A stretch of DNA of 63,663 nt, counting the filler, from Choristocarpus tenellus KU-1152 (Eukaryota; Protista; Phaeophyceae), in NCBI GenBank assembly GCA_964200185.2. It is 12 parts of 12 records of this genome, joined end to end, with 100 filler letters (N's around TTAATTAATTAA, not from the genome) between each part and the next. Parts side by side here need not be neighbours in the genome. Positions count along the whole stretch, not along the records: positions 1 to 17,941 come from CAXNAD020000604.1; 11 more parts are not named here. One strand, 5' to 3'. This document shows, piece after piece, positions 1-13,700 of the stretch (positions are counted from its first letter, which is position 1; each line of letters begins with the position of its first letter). Both the position numbers and the translations under genes were made by a program. The notes beneath the pieces were generated by a model that saw only the letters and a program-made list of their open reading frames with translations, did not search any database and was not told where the DNA came from.

Positions 1-40
1 CCCCTCACAAACCACCACCCCCCACTAGATACTTTGACCC
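1..40 (+). mobile_element. MITE family C, 3' terminus
   Basis: cccctcacaaaccaccacccccc..agatactttgaccc matches 56417-56451. Confidence 0.7.
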
Positions 41-340
41 TGGAGCTTGCAAACCCCACTTTCCGCTTGCCCAGTCAGTTCTCTTATGCTTGAATAACCA
101 TTGGCTTGACTGCCTGTGTTTGTCATATCTCTCTTTTCCGTATCCCTGTCCCTGTCCCCACTCCCCTTCGGTCTGAAGAGTCTCTCTTGCCATTTTCCGT
201 CTGTTCCACAGTGGTTACGATGACTAGATATGTGAGCCTAATCAAATACATTACAATACAGCAGGCAAGTACTACATGTGAGGTACGTTCCTTAGTCCAT
301 GATGAAGTAGGAGGAGGAGCGGTAGTAGTAGCAGTAGGTA

Positions 341-837
341 GATGGGTATTACTATGATAGCGATCTTAGCGATGCTCTTATAGAACTTACAATTTTTTCT
401 AATGGTGATGTTGACTTTCGTTAAATTGTGTATGTAGATATCACGGATCGGTTTGTTGAAGATGCGATACAAGAATTGTACGCATACTTGGAAGAAAAAA
501 TGTCAGCAAAAGTAATTGATGAACTATTAAATTAAGGTTATGAAGAGCAAGACTAAAGAATAAGTATTACCAAAGTGGTTTAAAGGAATGCTGCACACAA
601 ACGGTGACCCTGTACAAAGTAGGTTTTCAGGTGTTGAAGTTGACCTTATAGCAGTAGAGTTATCTATGTATGACTTCATAATGGGTAGTGGGTAATGAAA
701 GTTGCACCTAAAACTGTAACTCCGGCACAGATCAATGACTTTGACAAACCTTTAAGGTGGTTTCAAAATAAGAATATTAATGCATATATGGATATATTTG
801 ATTAATTATGGGATTAGGTATTTTATGGTTACAACTA
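341..837 (+). pseudogene. Decayed cluster of small intronless phage-like genes
   Basis: Tail of ORF1 (DGYYYDSDLSDALIEL...SAKVIDELLN*, one internal stop, ends 535). ORF2 at 540-805 (MKSKTKE*VLPKWFKGMLHTNGDPVQSRFSGVEVDLIAVELSMYDFIMGS/WVMKVAPKTVTPAQINDFDKPLRWFQNKNINAYMDIFD*) has one stop and one frameshift. ORF3 starts at 808. Intergenic gaps are 4 and 2 nt. Confidence 0.6.
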
Positions 838-902
838 GCAGCAGTAGTAGTAGTAGTAGTGGCAGCAGCAGCAGCAGCAACAGCAGTTGTAGTAGTAGCA
901 GT
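836..902. repeat. (GTA/GCA)n trinucleotide microsatellite
   Basis: agcagcagtagtagtagtagtagtggcagcagcagcagcagcaacagcagttgtagtagtagcag. Confidence 0.9.
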
Positions 903-3763
903 CAGGTAGAGATAATCCCCATATTAAAATCACAACAACAGTGCGGAAGACATTATCTTAATCATAATAAGCAATATATATGTAATTTATTGTATGTAAA
1001 ATGTATTTGGGACATTGCTTTGATTGCCGTAACCTTCAATGAGATGATCCTCTCTATTTTAAATTGTGTTGGGAAAAACAAGATTTGCATTATATATGTT
1101 GAGATTGCATGTGGTCCTTCCTCCCTGTTTGGGAAATGTGATCCTCATCATGTACCATACGATCATATACAGATACAGTGCTTACAGTACACAATATTCT
1201 ACACAGTGATCCCCACCCCATCCTCAGCACCATTCCTCTAGATCTGCTATCCTGTCTATATGTCTTCCTGCTGCAATGTTTGGGTCAATAATCTTCGTTT
1301 GTGTGCTGGTCCTGTAGTCCATTCTGTGGGTAACTTGTATGAGGAAGTCATTTGGGGCTCAGCACTGAAGAACAATCCCTCAAGCTGTTTGGAGAGGAGA
1401 GATATCTACATGAATAATTTAATGAGGACTCCCTTTGTGTGAACACGGAGTCGGTTCTGAGGTCGTGTAAGAAAATTCCCACTCCGGTTCACAAAAGCAT
1501 TGGGGAAGGGTGGTGTACACCTTGACCACCTTGTACTACAAGTTTTTCAACTGTGACATTTTATCCCATAATATGAACCAACAAAATTAATAAACAACCT
1601 TACAAATACATCATTCCCTACGCTTTTGCACTCCTTCACCTCTTGTGACATGTCCTCTTACATTTGTTGTGTAACTGAGTCCTTCTCTTGCTCTATCCCA
1701 CGCTCAGACTCAATTGTTGGGCAGGTTGTAGTTCAAATGTTTTTGCAAGATGATCTGAACATCATCCCTTCGTAACACATCTTGCATGATGATACACTTT
1801 GCTCATCCCACTCAACAAGGAGTACTTCTCTGTTGACAAATGGTCAAACTCCTGTTGCTCTGCAGCATAGTGATCAGCAAAGTATAGTCAACAGTTCGCT
1901 TCACCGAGAAAGTGATTATCATTAAATGACATCTTCCTCCAATGATGGCGACCGAAGGAATCGAGTATCGACATTTTAGTGAAGAATCTTGACCTTGCCG
2001 AACCAATAAATGAGGACTTACGCCTACCCATCTTCTTCAAACCTACTACCACTGCTGCCTTGAATTCAGCATCCCATAATAGGACTCGGTGCCAGAGCCT
2101 TGAGAAATCCTTTCTTCTCTCCTCTATCACTTGGAGCGTTCAAATGCTCAGTGAATCGGACCCTTGATACAGCTGAAACCCTCACTCCCTATAAAGGTTC
2201 GTGGGTGCAGTATCACAAGAAGGCGTTACATGTCAGACCGATGACATTGATAGTAAATACTGCGAGAGTACACAAAAACTCACACACGGCCACAGCCAAC
2301 ACCGTGGTACAGCAAACAGCCCACAACCGATAATTCAGCTTTTTTTAGCCATGCCTTTATACTCCAAAAATTAACTTGGATATAATATGTAAAAGCTGCA
2401 ACAAAAACACAGTAGGAAACCGAAAAATCATCAATTATTGTCTTCCCCTCTAACCTTTGTCCAACCACTGAAAAGGTACACCTGTTGAAATGGGACTCAG
2501 CATCAGATACGCTGTCCTCTTCCTCTTCACTCATTGCTTCATTGGAGCTTTACCCAACTTCGTCGCCTCCTCCAGTGAGATATACCTAGATATTATGTCA
2601 TTCTTTATGTGACATGGTGAATCTTACTCTCTGGTCCCTTACGCGTCGTATGATCTCTCACTATCGTGACGTCATGAATCCATTTTCGTGACTCTACACC
2701 AAAAAATCGAAACATCTCCTTTTTTCCCTTACCCATAGACCACAGAATATCGAAACCAGATTTTCCCTGAGCAGAAGTTTGACACTGAACCAGATCCTAA
2801 ATAGAGGAGGGATTGTGCTGGCTATCTAATTATTAATCTTTCTTTAGGTATAGAGACGGTTGCACAATAACATATAAGTTATCGAAAGGATGAAATTGAA
2901 AACGGAAAGAATTAGTGTATAGCATTTTACGGAGTAACCAGTAGGAACTAGTTATATGCATAGAAATAGTTTCTAGTATTTCCAGGTGCAGAGTGAGGAG
3001 GAAAAAGGAGAGGCCGCAAAATGCTGTGAGGTCTAACACCACTAATCGTTGTTGGGCAATTTTCCCTGGACTATTTCGGCGACTTGCCCTGGGCTATTTC
3101 GGTGACAGTAAACTTCATACTTTGTAGAGTACATGTACACCAGTGTAGGAATCGTGTAGTTTCTCTACGTCGTACGAGACAACCCTGCAACCTCCAACTC
3201 CAGTCCTTCTTCGTGTTGTAGGTCCCCTTTAGGAAAGCAGCAACAAGGTGGGCTACTCTTAGAATGTCAAGGATGGCAATTTTTAAATAGTGGGCGCATT
3301 GACCTTTAAGTACTCGCCGTTTGTGGCACCCGGTCCACCTGGCGTCGTCGACTAACTACAGAGCCCCTGAAGTCGTGCAGTGCAAAAATATCATGATCGC
3401 TACGTGTTGAATGATCATGCAAATTGTGTTGTCAGAGTTTTAGCCTAATTGTTCCCAGAATAGCAGCCAAAACACTGCATGTGATTGGATCGACAAGTGG
3501 GTGAAAAAACCCTAGTCCTGCATCTATTTAGAGTTGCGTATTGTGAACGAGATAGCTAACCCTGTATTTTCCATTCACTTCTTTTTGCCGTCCTAAGTCC
3601 AACACCATGCCCTGGTTGGTGATCTCAAACCCTTGGAAACCTAATCATTTACTTCGCATTAGTACGTCTCCAGCGTTCAAACACATCTCCGAGGGATGAT
3701 CTTGTCACTATTGATTTTCCTTTCTTTGTCCGTCTCCTCTAAACTGGCTACGTATTTTTCCAG

Positions 3764-3841
3764 CTAATCACACTGAAAGCGGGGTATCAGCGTAAACTTG
3801 ATCTCGAACTTGACTGGAAGGCTTCTAACAAAGACATCAAG
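3764..3841 (+). CDS. Possible upstream non-repeat exon of the ankyrin-like gene (LITLKAGYQRKLDLELDWKASNKDIK)
   Basis: Pyrimidine tract ttttttccag| ... AAG|gtatgg, 78 nt, open in phase 0; no homology support. Confidence 0.35.
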
Positions 3842-4604
3842 GTATGGTTATTCACCACATTGAACACTCAGTACTCCTCTATATGCTGCGGTGTGTGGAT
3901 TATGAATTTAGTGGATATTCAGGCCACCAGGCTGCTACTACATATGTTTCGGTGATTGTGGGCGTTATCAGTGAGTAACATGAGGTTGCAATTTTCCCGA
4001 GACCACTATAAGAATGATTGGAAGGAGCTGTAAACGAAACAGTGGACCTGGTAGGTCTTGTGCTGAGTGCATCAGCTCTGTTCAAAGTCTTCAGGTAAGG
4101 TATATCTTATCTCAAACTTTCAAGGTTTTTAATAAGTACAAGTTGGAGTCGTAAAAATTAATATCCCACAGATTTGACATTTACTTGCGAATGCGTGAAT
4201 GTGGGGTGGCATTAAATCATAAATCGCCCAAAATTCTTCTTGTGCTGATTCGCCCACTCGTGGATACTGGATAAATTGCCCATGCTGCAGAAGAGGAGTA
4301 TAATCGTTATGTGATTATGTTATATACCTTCCTCTTTCACTCCTTTAGTCGGTTTGGGCTGAAGTATATGATCGGTGATGGTCGGTAATACTCCGAATAA
4401 TTGACACACAACATGTTTGGCGAATTTTGGCCTTAGGATATGGGACATAAACATCGCCTCTCAATCTTTGTGGTAGGCTAATTACTCACTTTCTGTGGAT
4501 TCATCGAGACAAAGAATCATTGAGTCTATGCCCCATCAACGTGCATGTCCCTAGTTTCTATGACTACGAGGTTTGAAGACCGGTTAGCCTCTACAACCTT
4601 TCAG

Positions 4605-4730
4605 GTCATGGAGCGACAACTTGATGAGAATGAAGATGGACAGACCCTTGTGATGAGGGCAGCATCACAAGGCAAATGGAAAGTTGTCACTACTATGTTG
4701 GAGAGGCTAATGATACTTCCTGAAGACAAG
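4605..4730 (+). CDS. Repeat exon 1 (VMERQLDENEDGQTLVMRAASQGKWKVVTTMLERLMILPEDK)
   Basis: ttcag|GTC...AAG|gtgagc; 126 nt; divergent, possibly an N-terminal cap repeat. Confidence 0.8.
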
Positions 4731-7700
4731 GTGAGCTTACCTTCTACGATTCGTTGTTGGGTAGGTGGGTCATTTTATGCCTTGTCTTTAGATCCCTCTA
4801 CTGTACTGTGTACCTACTGGTCCTCTTTTGAGTACATGTTGTATTGTCCTTGTGTCCTTGCACCGGGTATGGAGATATGATGAAGTTGAAGCACTCTTAC
4901 CCATGTGGTTTTTGGTGTACCCTCTTGCTCGATACATCAGCAAAACAGACCTTCTTGTTGACCTAACATATTGCACTGGATAGAGTTATTTATCCCGACT
5001 GCTTTCATAGTGTGTTCAGCATAACCAAAGTGGAAGCGACTGGGAATGCCCCTCATTTGGTCAGGTGATGAAGCTACTCACTACCAAGGATGGATGCGGA
5101 CTTACCCTCCTGATGAACGCTATATCAGCACGTGAGAGTGGAACCTTCTCTGAAGTGCTGAGTACTGTGAGGAAGATGATTTCCAAAGATAAGGTGTGAG
5201 GGCAGAATGCTACAAATTACAGTATGCTTTGGCGCCTTGGATGATATCTCACTGAATCATGAGGTTGGCATTCATTGCGAATGTGTAGGTTCTGTTGCAT
5301 TTCCAAGTAGATTGTTCTATGCTTATGATGGATTGATCTGCGGTATTTTTGAGTGTAGAGTGTAGTCTTTCTTAGTGGGAGGTGCAGTGTCAGGAAATCT
5401 TTAATTATATCGTGGTCTGATCATCACCTTAGCCCATCTGTTGATGTATAACATTATCACAAGCTGAAGTAGATGGATGTTCAATGGAACGTTTTCCCCT
5501 ATTGATGCATGAAGTGATTGCAGTAGCAAGGTCCATTACTAGAGCAGGTTGTTATCACATACATGTGTAAATAGGGTTCAAAATGTGTTTGCACCAAGTA
5601 CATGTTAACGGTTGCAGGGTACGGGTGAACTGCAATTTTCCCGCGTCATCCATTTTCATATTATATCATTGATATTCTCTTTATTAATGGATCATATATG
5701 GTATATTTTGGTATTTAGTATGTTGTCGACGAGGCACAGTGTAGTATCCACGGAATGATACTTCCACACTGTTGACATCAATGTGGAAACCTGGACTATC
5801 AATGAGCGCCTCACTGCCTCACAGTTAGGAGCGAGCAGTAGTTGTACATGGTTGTAGACGAGGGGTAGTAGGAGACTGCAGCAATTCAGTGGACCCCGGT
5901 CTCTTGTGCACCACTATGTTCAACACTACCCTGATTGGTGTGATGGATGAAGTGAGTTAAGTTCAAACAGCTCGCTTGTTAGCAGTAGCTGACATGAACT
6001 CAGAGAACACTACTACATATGTACAAGTCATGTTTCTCTGGTACCTAATGATACATAAATTACTGGGGTTAGTCGGCTGTGCTTGGCATGCTACAAGTTA
6101 CTCCAAGACAAATTACTGGGGTAGTAGGAGTGCACTACCGCATCCTGGTCACAAAAGGAAGGCAGTAGCCAGTTGTGATGGTTGCAATTGGGAGACAGGA
6201 GTACGTCACAGGATTATTGCTAAAAAATAGCATTGTCAGTTACAAGTTTGTTTGATCATAGTAGTATTTTTCTGTACATGGATGGAATGCTGGAGACATA
6301 AAGCGCAAAGAGATGATTGCGAAATGGAGTAACCAAGCACACAAGAGTATGTCCAAGAGGCGCCCAGGAGTGAAAGAAAGAGTATCTTCACCACATGTTC
6401 GTCAGAGGTAAAGAGACGAACACAGCAACAACAGGGGGTGCAGACCACTCCCACCTCCGTCCCTCTATTGCATTGTTTAGAGAGTGGATCTCGCATCTCC
6501 CATCTCTAACGTTTTCTACAAATTGGGGGTCCAGTGAAAGGAAATCCTTATCCCCTTGCACCCACATATACTCTTGATGATACCCTCAAGTTCTCAATCT
6601 TGAGTGGCAGTTAGGTTGCCAAGGTGGTCTTAGTTAGACGATGGCCTACAAATCCCACTACCTTTTGGCACCTTGCAAGGGGTCTGATTACACTGGGAGC
6701 AATGAGCGCGGACAGAGGGGTAGAAAGTGCCACACTTCCAACGAACATTGATTGCCGAGGTTACCAAGGGCAAGCCAGGTCAAAAATCCTTGACATATAC
6801 TCACCTGCCCTGTATGTGGCACAGGGTGCAAGGAAAGGCAAGTACCCTCAAACGACCTTTCTGCAAATAATACGATGAAAAGGTGAAAATATCACACAGT
6901 TTGCCATCATACAATTTAGGTCTCAACAACGACCACAGGTACCCAGGTACCTGGGTAGCTTCATTTATGGGGGGCTGTAATCACGCGCCCATATAGTGCA
7001 TGCAAAAACGCCGGCAGGGCTGCATCCCACCCTCCAAAGCGGTCTTGTGCGCGATTTATAAGAAGCTCCGCTCAGTTTCACAATAGCGGTACTTCCATAA
7101 AGTATAAATATCTCCTCGCATCTCTTCGACAATCCTTCCTGCCTTTCTCTGCAATTTCCATTAGTTTGTATTAATTTTCAGTGCCCTGCTGATGACAATG
7201 ACGATATTGGACGTAATAGATCCCTAGTTAGGACCAAAAAAATGCATCTACTGTTTTGTAGTTCATTTCTGTCGTATTTTCCACCCCCCACAGTCATTTT
7301 ACATACATGAGTCATGTGCTTAAGCTATACCTGCATATATATAATCTATATGTGTACGTGTTCCTTTTTTTGCGGAGTTTGGTCGATGATCAGGGATGCA
7401 CCTCAAGATTATTATTAATGTACTGATTGATATACAAAAAGATCAAAGAATAAGAGGCATCATATTTTATGGACGAAATTTACTTGGAGGACACAAGTGG
7501 TAATCATTAAACAATAATATCGTTGTCATTTCTACACGTTCGGAGAGGTCGAGATTCGATTCGAGGATAGTACAAGATGTGGTGCAATAAGATTTGATTC
7601 AAGTAAAAAAAAAAATCGCCATTGATTGTTTAGATCAAGTAAGAAAAATTATATTCAAAGAGCATACTATTAGAATAGTATTATTCCCAGAACCAATGTT

Positions 7701-10700
7701 CCTTACATAAACATGTCTACTATAACGTAACATAAAATCCTTAACCATGCAAACAAAGCACAACAACTGTTATCTGTAGCTAGGTAGAGGCACAACTCGA
7801 CAGGTCTTGCTAACTTTCTCTGGTTGCTGTAGGCTTAAATATTCTTGATGTAACAAACTTGGAGGTAGAAATAATATAGTTTCAAACAAACTACAGACAA
7901 CCTGAACCCTTACATATTATTCCAATATTAAGTACGGCAATATAATTCAAGCATCTAAATATGTTAGCAGGAAAGATACTTGGGACTCAACCGAGAGGAA
8001 GGAGGAGACCAGATAATGCATAGCACTGCTATCAGACTAAGATGTTTATTATGTAACCAAGGTGTGGTGTAAGAAGCAAGAAACTCGAGTAACATGAGAT
8101 AAATTTTGACGTACTATACGATCAAACGGCTCACAAGGTGGGGAACTCCCTATCTTGTTCTTTTCTGGTTTATTACAGGGTTTTTTTGTCGTCTGTTGAG
8201 GCCAAGTGTTTAGAACGTGCGTGCGGAAAAGTCTGCTTCTCGCACGTCTGGATGTATTTATGTGCGTGTAAGTCCAAAGCTCCATACACTGTTAATGCGC
8301 GTGTGTAAGAACGGGGACCTCACGTAATAATCAACATCCTGACCTCAGAGGAAAAGAGATACGGCACAGACCTCCCTTCGACCCGTTCTGTCAACATAAT
8401 TCCCACATCGCTTTGTCATTTGAGCTGTGTCATTTTGATGCCCGTATCGAAGGGGGACAGCGGCTATATAGCTACATAGCATTACCTCAAATATGTCTGT
8501 CTCTGGAATGATCTTAGATGGGGGTGCTGTTAAAGTAGCATTTGGTTACCCTGTGACTCCCTTGTAGTATGTGTGGTTCTAGCACTCTGGAGGGCGATTT
8601 CGTGCTTATTATGTTGATGAATGTCTGTGTTCCCTTTGACAGGCACAAAAAGTGGCACCAGAGGCATTTCAGACATTGGAATGAGGAATCAGGCAAGGAG
8701 GTTTGGAAGTCCTTCATAATACTTGCGAGGGAGTGAAAGTATCTTAGGGGTTACGAATTTTGCCGTGTTTGTCCGTTTGGGGCTTGGCTTCCCAGGGGTT
8801 TTTTAGTGACACTTTCCTACTCTGAAATGTTTCGGAGTCGGTGAAATGTGTACGTATTGAAAAGGTGTGCCCGGGATAAGGATATTGACAAATTCTAACA
8901 AAGACGATAGCCGAAATTATATCAAAATCGAAAAATTGGATTTTGACCTCCAAACGGACGCGGCTCTACCCTAAAAGATACTTTGACTCAAGGGCTTAAA
9001 TATATTTCCTCAAAGAAAGGATGGCTCAGTATGACATGGTTTTTATTAAAGAACTCTTATGTTGCTTTTTGAAAGTTATCCTTATTGAAACATAACATTA
9101 TGTCTAGAATACTTACTGCCTTCACTCCACATAGAGCATACAATATATGTATGGTATACATTGTATCATCCCTTGGATAGCTGCAGGGAACGCCATCGGC
9201 AACTAAGTGTTGATACCATATTCTCCTCAACAATAAAATCTGCTAAATGTCTGTGGGGATAAAATGCCAAATACCACGAAAAAAAATATTGTGATTGTCC
9301 TAGCTAGGGAGATAGAATGAGAGATATAAAGGAAAATTGGTTATACATGGTTGGAAACGAATGTAGGAGAGGATTGTTGAGATTGTTTCATTACTACTTT
9401 CTATTATCGTACTTATCTACACCACACTGCTGTGGAGGATTGTAAAATATCAATAAGCTAACCCTAAACCTTGCGGTGCAGCATCTCCCAGGTCGGCATA
9501 TATGGAGACGAAGAGTCTTTCAATGAGTAGCGTTCGTCACAGAGGGAAGTTGCCTCAACAAGGATTCCAAGTTTTCGAATCAAAGCGTTGATGAGTATAA
9601 TGGACTATCAATGTTATAGTATACTACTTAAGCACTAAAAAAGGATGAGAAAATTAACTTACAATATTAGTGTTATCTTCCTTGCTCAATAAATTGGAAA
9701 TGAGTAGTTTTGTAAACAATACACTCCTTTGAACCCTATCAAGATAAATTACATTATTCAATAAAATACCCTGGAATAAGTCTTTGATTACTGCCTTTTG
9801 AGTAGACATCCTTCGAAACGGGATTGGCATTGTTTTGTCTAAGGTAAGAGCCAAAGCATCTTAGAGGGTGGAGCCGTGTCCATTTGGGGCCCAAAATCCA
9901 ATGTTGCGATTTTGATGTAATTTTGGCTATCGTATTTGTTAGGAAGTGCCAATATCCTTGTTCTGTTACCACCTTTTCATAATGCATACAATTTACCTAC
10001 TCTGAAAAAAATTGTAGTGGGAAAATGTAATAAAAAAAACCACGGGAAACCAAGCCTCAAACGGACAAACAGGGCAAAACTTGTACCCTCTAAGATACTT
10101 TCAATCTAAAATAGACAGATGGTATTTCCAACCATATGGTACACAGACCTTGGCAGGGGCAAAACTTTGTGCGAAGGAAATGTATGCTCCTGCATTGTGG
10201 GGTCATTGCTTCTGTTGGAACCGACCCTTGCGACATGAACATGACAACAAAAAAAGGCAGCCCACACCATCTGTTTGTCACTGAATTATACGACCAATAC
10301 GGACGAGTAGATAACAGAAACAACTCGTTTTCACCTTCGAAACACCAATTCGGCATGTAAAAAGTCAAGTTGACGTGGGGAGTTTGAAGGCTTAATGTCA
10401 GACATTTAGATACATCTCCTAAGTGCTAGTTTTATTCGCTCTAGGCTACTTCAAAGTGTACTTAAGTCAATGGTAGGTTGCTTCAATAAGCACCTACCTT
10501 CCTGTTGCTATTCTAGAAGAAAAGCGAGTTCTTCAGCTGTAGCAGGCACACATGATCATCATACTCCTACCTACCAGGTGTAGGGTGAGGTTCCTATTAG
10601 TTATACTTTATTGTAATTCTCAAAGCACATACTGTACATACTTTGAAATGACTTGGTAGGATGTATATTATATTTTCAAGGGATATATTTCCAAACTGGC

Positions 10701-13700
10701 AAACTCAGACAAGCAACTAGATTGGCTATGCATTTGTGGTGCTTGATCCCTAGTTTGTTCCCATGGCATTTGAATGCACATACAGATCAACCTCTTTTAG
10801 AGCATGTATGTATGTATGTAGTAGTACTCTGTATCATGTCGTGGTCACCTTTAGATTATTTTATCCACTTAATGCAGATAATTCGCGCTAGTAGTACGAA
10901 ACAAAGCTCAAACTCCAGGTCTAGAGACGGATTGACTGGTGACTTCGTTTGAATGTGATGGGATCCATATAGGAGCCATGGATGTAGTAAATGAACTTGA
11001 ATGCGATTTCGTTCTGGACTAGTATTGCTTCTTGAGTGTGTTTCACATGTAGTGAGATACTTTTCTATCTCTCACTATAGTATCTCCGTGCTGACTGGAC
11101 AAAGCCAGTCATTACAAACTAAATATGGCAGCACTCTCATCCGTCTCGATGCCTTGCTAGTTTGTGATGAAGTGAAGCCCGTGCGATTTACTGAACCAGA
11201 AGTACTCATATTGACTTCATCTTCAGTGTTGGAAGTCAAAGAAGTCATAGATGCGTATATGCTGCACCTTGTGGTTGGTCACCAGATGTTGTGTGCAATG
11301 TCAATGTATTCATGTCACTCGGATTGTGCTTTTAATATTGTGATACTTCCATGCCTCTGAAGTTGAAGAATACCTTCTTGCAAACTCTCCTCAGGTGGTG
11401 GAGCTACTCCTGGCCAAAGATGAGTTTGGACTAAACATTTTGATGCATGCAGTACAAAGCCGCACATTTCGCTCTGTACTGAGTGCTCTGGAGGAATTAG
11501 CGCTTCAAGACCAGGTTCTGCTGTCGGTTGTAATTATATATATCGGGATATTGGATCAATTTTTAGGTGGCTAGTATGTAGAAGTAATTCTGTCGCCATT
11601 GGGTGGGATATTGTCACTACTTGATTCTGAATAGTGCTGTAGAAGCTCACGGTTACTTGATGTATATATGTTGGAGTTTTTGCAATTGTGCCAGAACAAG
11701 ATGTCCTGTGTGTGAACCCCTTGGTTGTTGATATAGTGTTTGTTCTATGTATTGTACTTCGAACAACGCCACTTAGAGCATGTTGAACAATTGTACGAAC
11801 CTGATTGATCTATATCTCACTTTCAATTTGGTGTATTTACATGCATGTGATCAAATATCCGTACAGTGGCTTTTTCAAACAGAGTTGCATTCCTCCCTCC
11901 ATAGTCATGCCTTGGGCACAAATGTCATTCTTATGTCATTACATGAAGGGTAGTTTCATCTGTACCGAGTGCACTGTTTCACAACAAAGATAGGGACTGA
12001 TTGTATCCCTGGGCATGCTTCCTTGCTGACAACTGTTAGTTTGTGGAGCTACTCATGGCAAGGGACGGGAACAAGCAAACCATCTTGATGCATGCAGCTA
12101 AAAACCACATCCTAAACTCTGTGTTGGATCATCTGGAGAAGGCTGTGCCTCGACCGAAGGTTAGGTCATTAAACCTATTAGTCCAGATGTCGGGTGGTGC
12201 ATCCGTGGAGGTATTTTCTATTGCTATATGGGTGGGACCTTCGTACTATTTTATGATAAGTGTAAGTGTAGAATTGCATAGGAATTTTAAGCATGCATAT
12301 TGAGTTTTGAACAATGAGTCAGAATAAAAATGCACGACTGAACCACTTGGTTGTTGGTGTCATCTTGTGCTGCTATGGGACTACATATTCTATGATTTCG
12401 TATTGTGATGATTTTTGTCACACTTCTCAGATACAGTTCAATCCATTTTTCTCCAGATCATAAATATTTTAATAATGAAATTTATGACCATGCATTATAC
12501 CCTGTAATGCGAGACACACAATGTGTGTTACATTCCTCCCTCCGTGAACTAGTACATATACAATTTTTTTGCTGTTGTGATAGGGCAGCTCCGTTTGCAG
12601 TTTCACTGCATACTTGAGGACTGAGTTCATGACTGGGCAATCTTCCTTATTTACTGTTTTAAGGTTGTGGAGCTACTCATGGCGAAGGATGAAAACGGTC
12701 AAAACCTCTTGATACATGCAGCTCAAAGTGGATCCGTCATTCTGGGTCACAAACTGAAGCAATTATTGTCACCGACACAGGTACGTTCAGCATTAGTCTA
12801 GCTCTTGATGGCGAAGAATACCGTTTGTGTTTGAGCTAAATTATGCAGTATTGTGAGGGCAGACACGAGAAACCCCTGAGATGTTTGTTTTGTGAAGATG
12901 TTTGACAGGGCCACCAAAACAGTACACAGTTGCACCAAATGTGTGCTCGTTCGGTTGGATACACTGTTGGTGAGTGAAAGTATCTTAGAGGGTACGAGTT
13001 TTGCCTTGTTTGTCCATTTGGGGCTTGGCTTCCCTCGTTTTTTTTAATGACATTTTCCTACTTCCAAATATTTCGGAGCAGGTAAAATGTATACGTTATG
13101 AAAAGGTGTGTCCACAACAAGGATATTGGCACTCCCTAACAAACACGATAGTCAAAATTACATCAAAATCGCAACATTTGATTTTGGCCCCCAAATGGAC
13201 GCGGTTCGACCCGCTAAGATACTTTGACTCTGTTGTGATCCACAAGCGTTAAATATTGTGAAGGCGTGACCTAACTGAAGTCTGAGGGAGAGCATACTTG
13301 TCTTCTTGACTGTTCTCAGGTGGTGGATCTAGTCATGACCAAGGATGAAGCCGGACTAAACATATTGATGTTTGCAACAGCTGATGAGTTATGTTTTTGC
13401 TCCGTCTTGAAAACTCTGGAGGTCTTGTCTCAAGACCAGGTAGAGTTATAATGGTCTTGCCGAAGCATTGGATGATCCATCTATTGTGGACTATGATCCT
13501 ATTCACGTGTGATTATGTCTCTGACGGAAATGCCGTTTGGAATCTGTTATTCGGAGTGTGTTGATCAATATAAGAACCAATATAAAACAAAAGCGCAGCT
13601 GCAGTATGTAATTGCTTGACTAGCCTTGCACAGTATTATAAGTGTTACACGTGACTGCCACAGTTTTTTACGCTTTCATATATCCAAAATCCGATACACG

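Noticed and set aside
780-1241. 153-aa poly-Ser ORF
   Set aside because: It arises from the GTA/GCA microsatellite and has no coding signature.
1812-2534. Possible MULE/SWIM-finger transposase remnant on the minus strand (LTCNAFL*YCTH)
   Set aside because: A single degenerate motif is too weak to call without a search.
5460-5560. Possible decayed extra repeat exon (CTATTGATGCAT, LLMH)
   Set aside because: Only a four-codon match, with no proper acceptor or KDxxG context.
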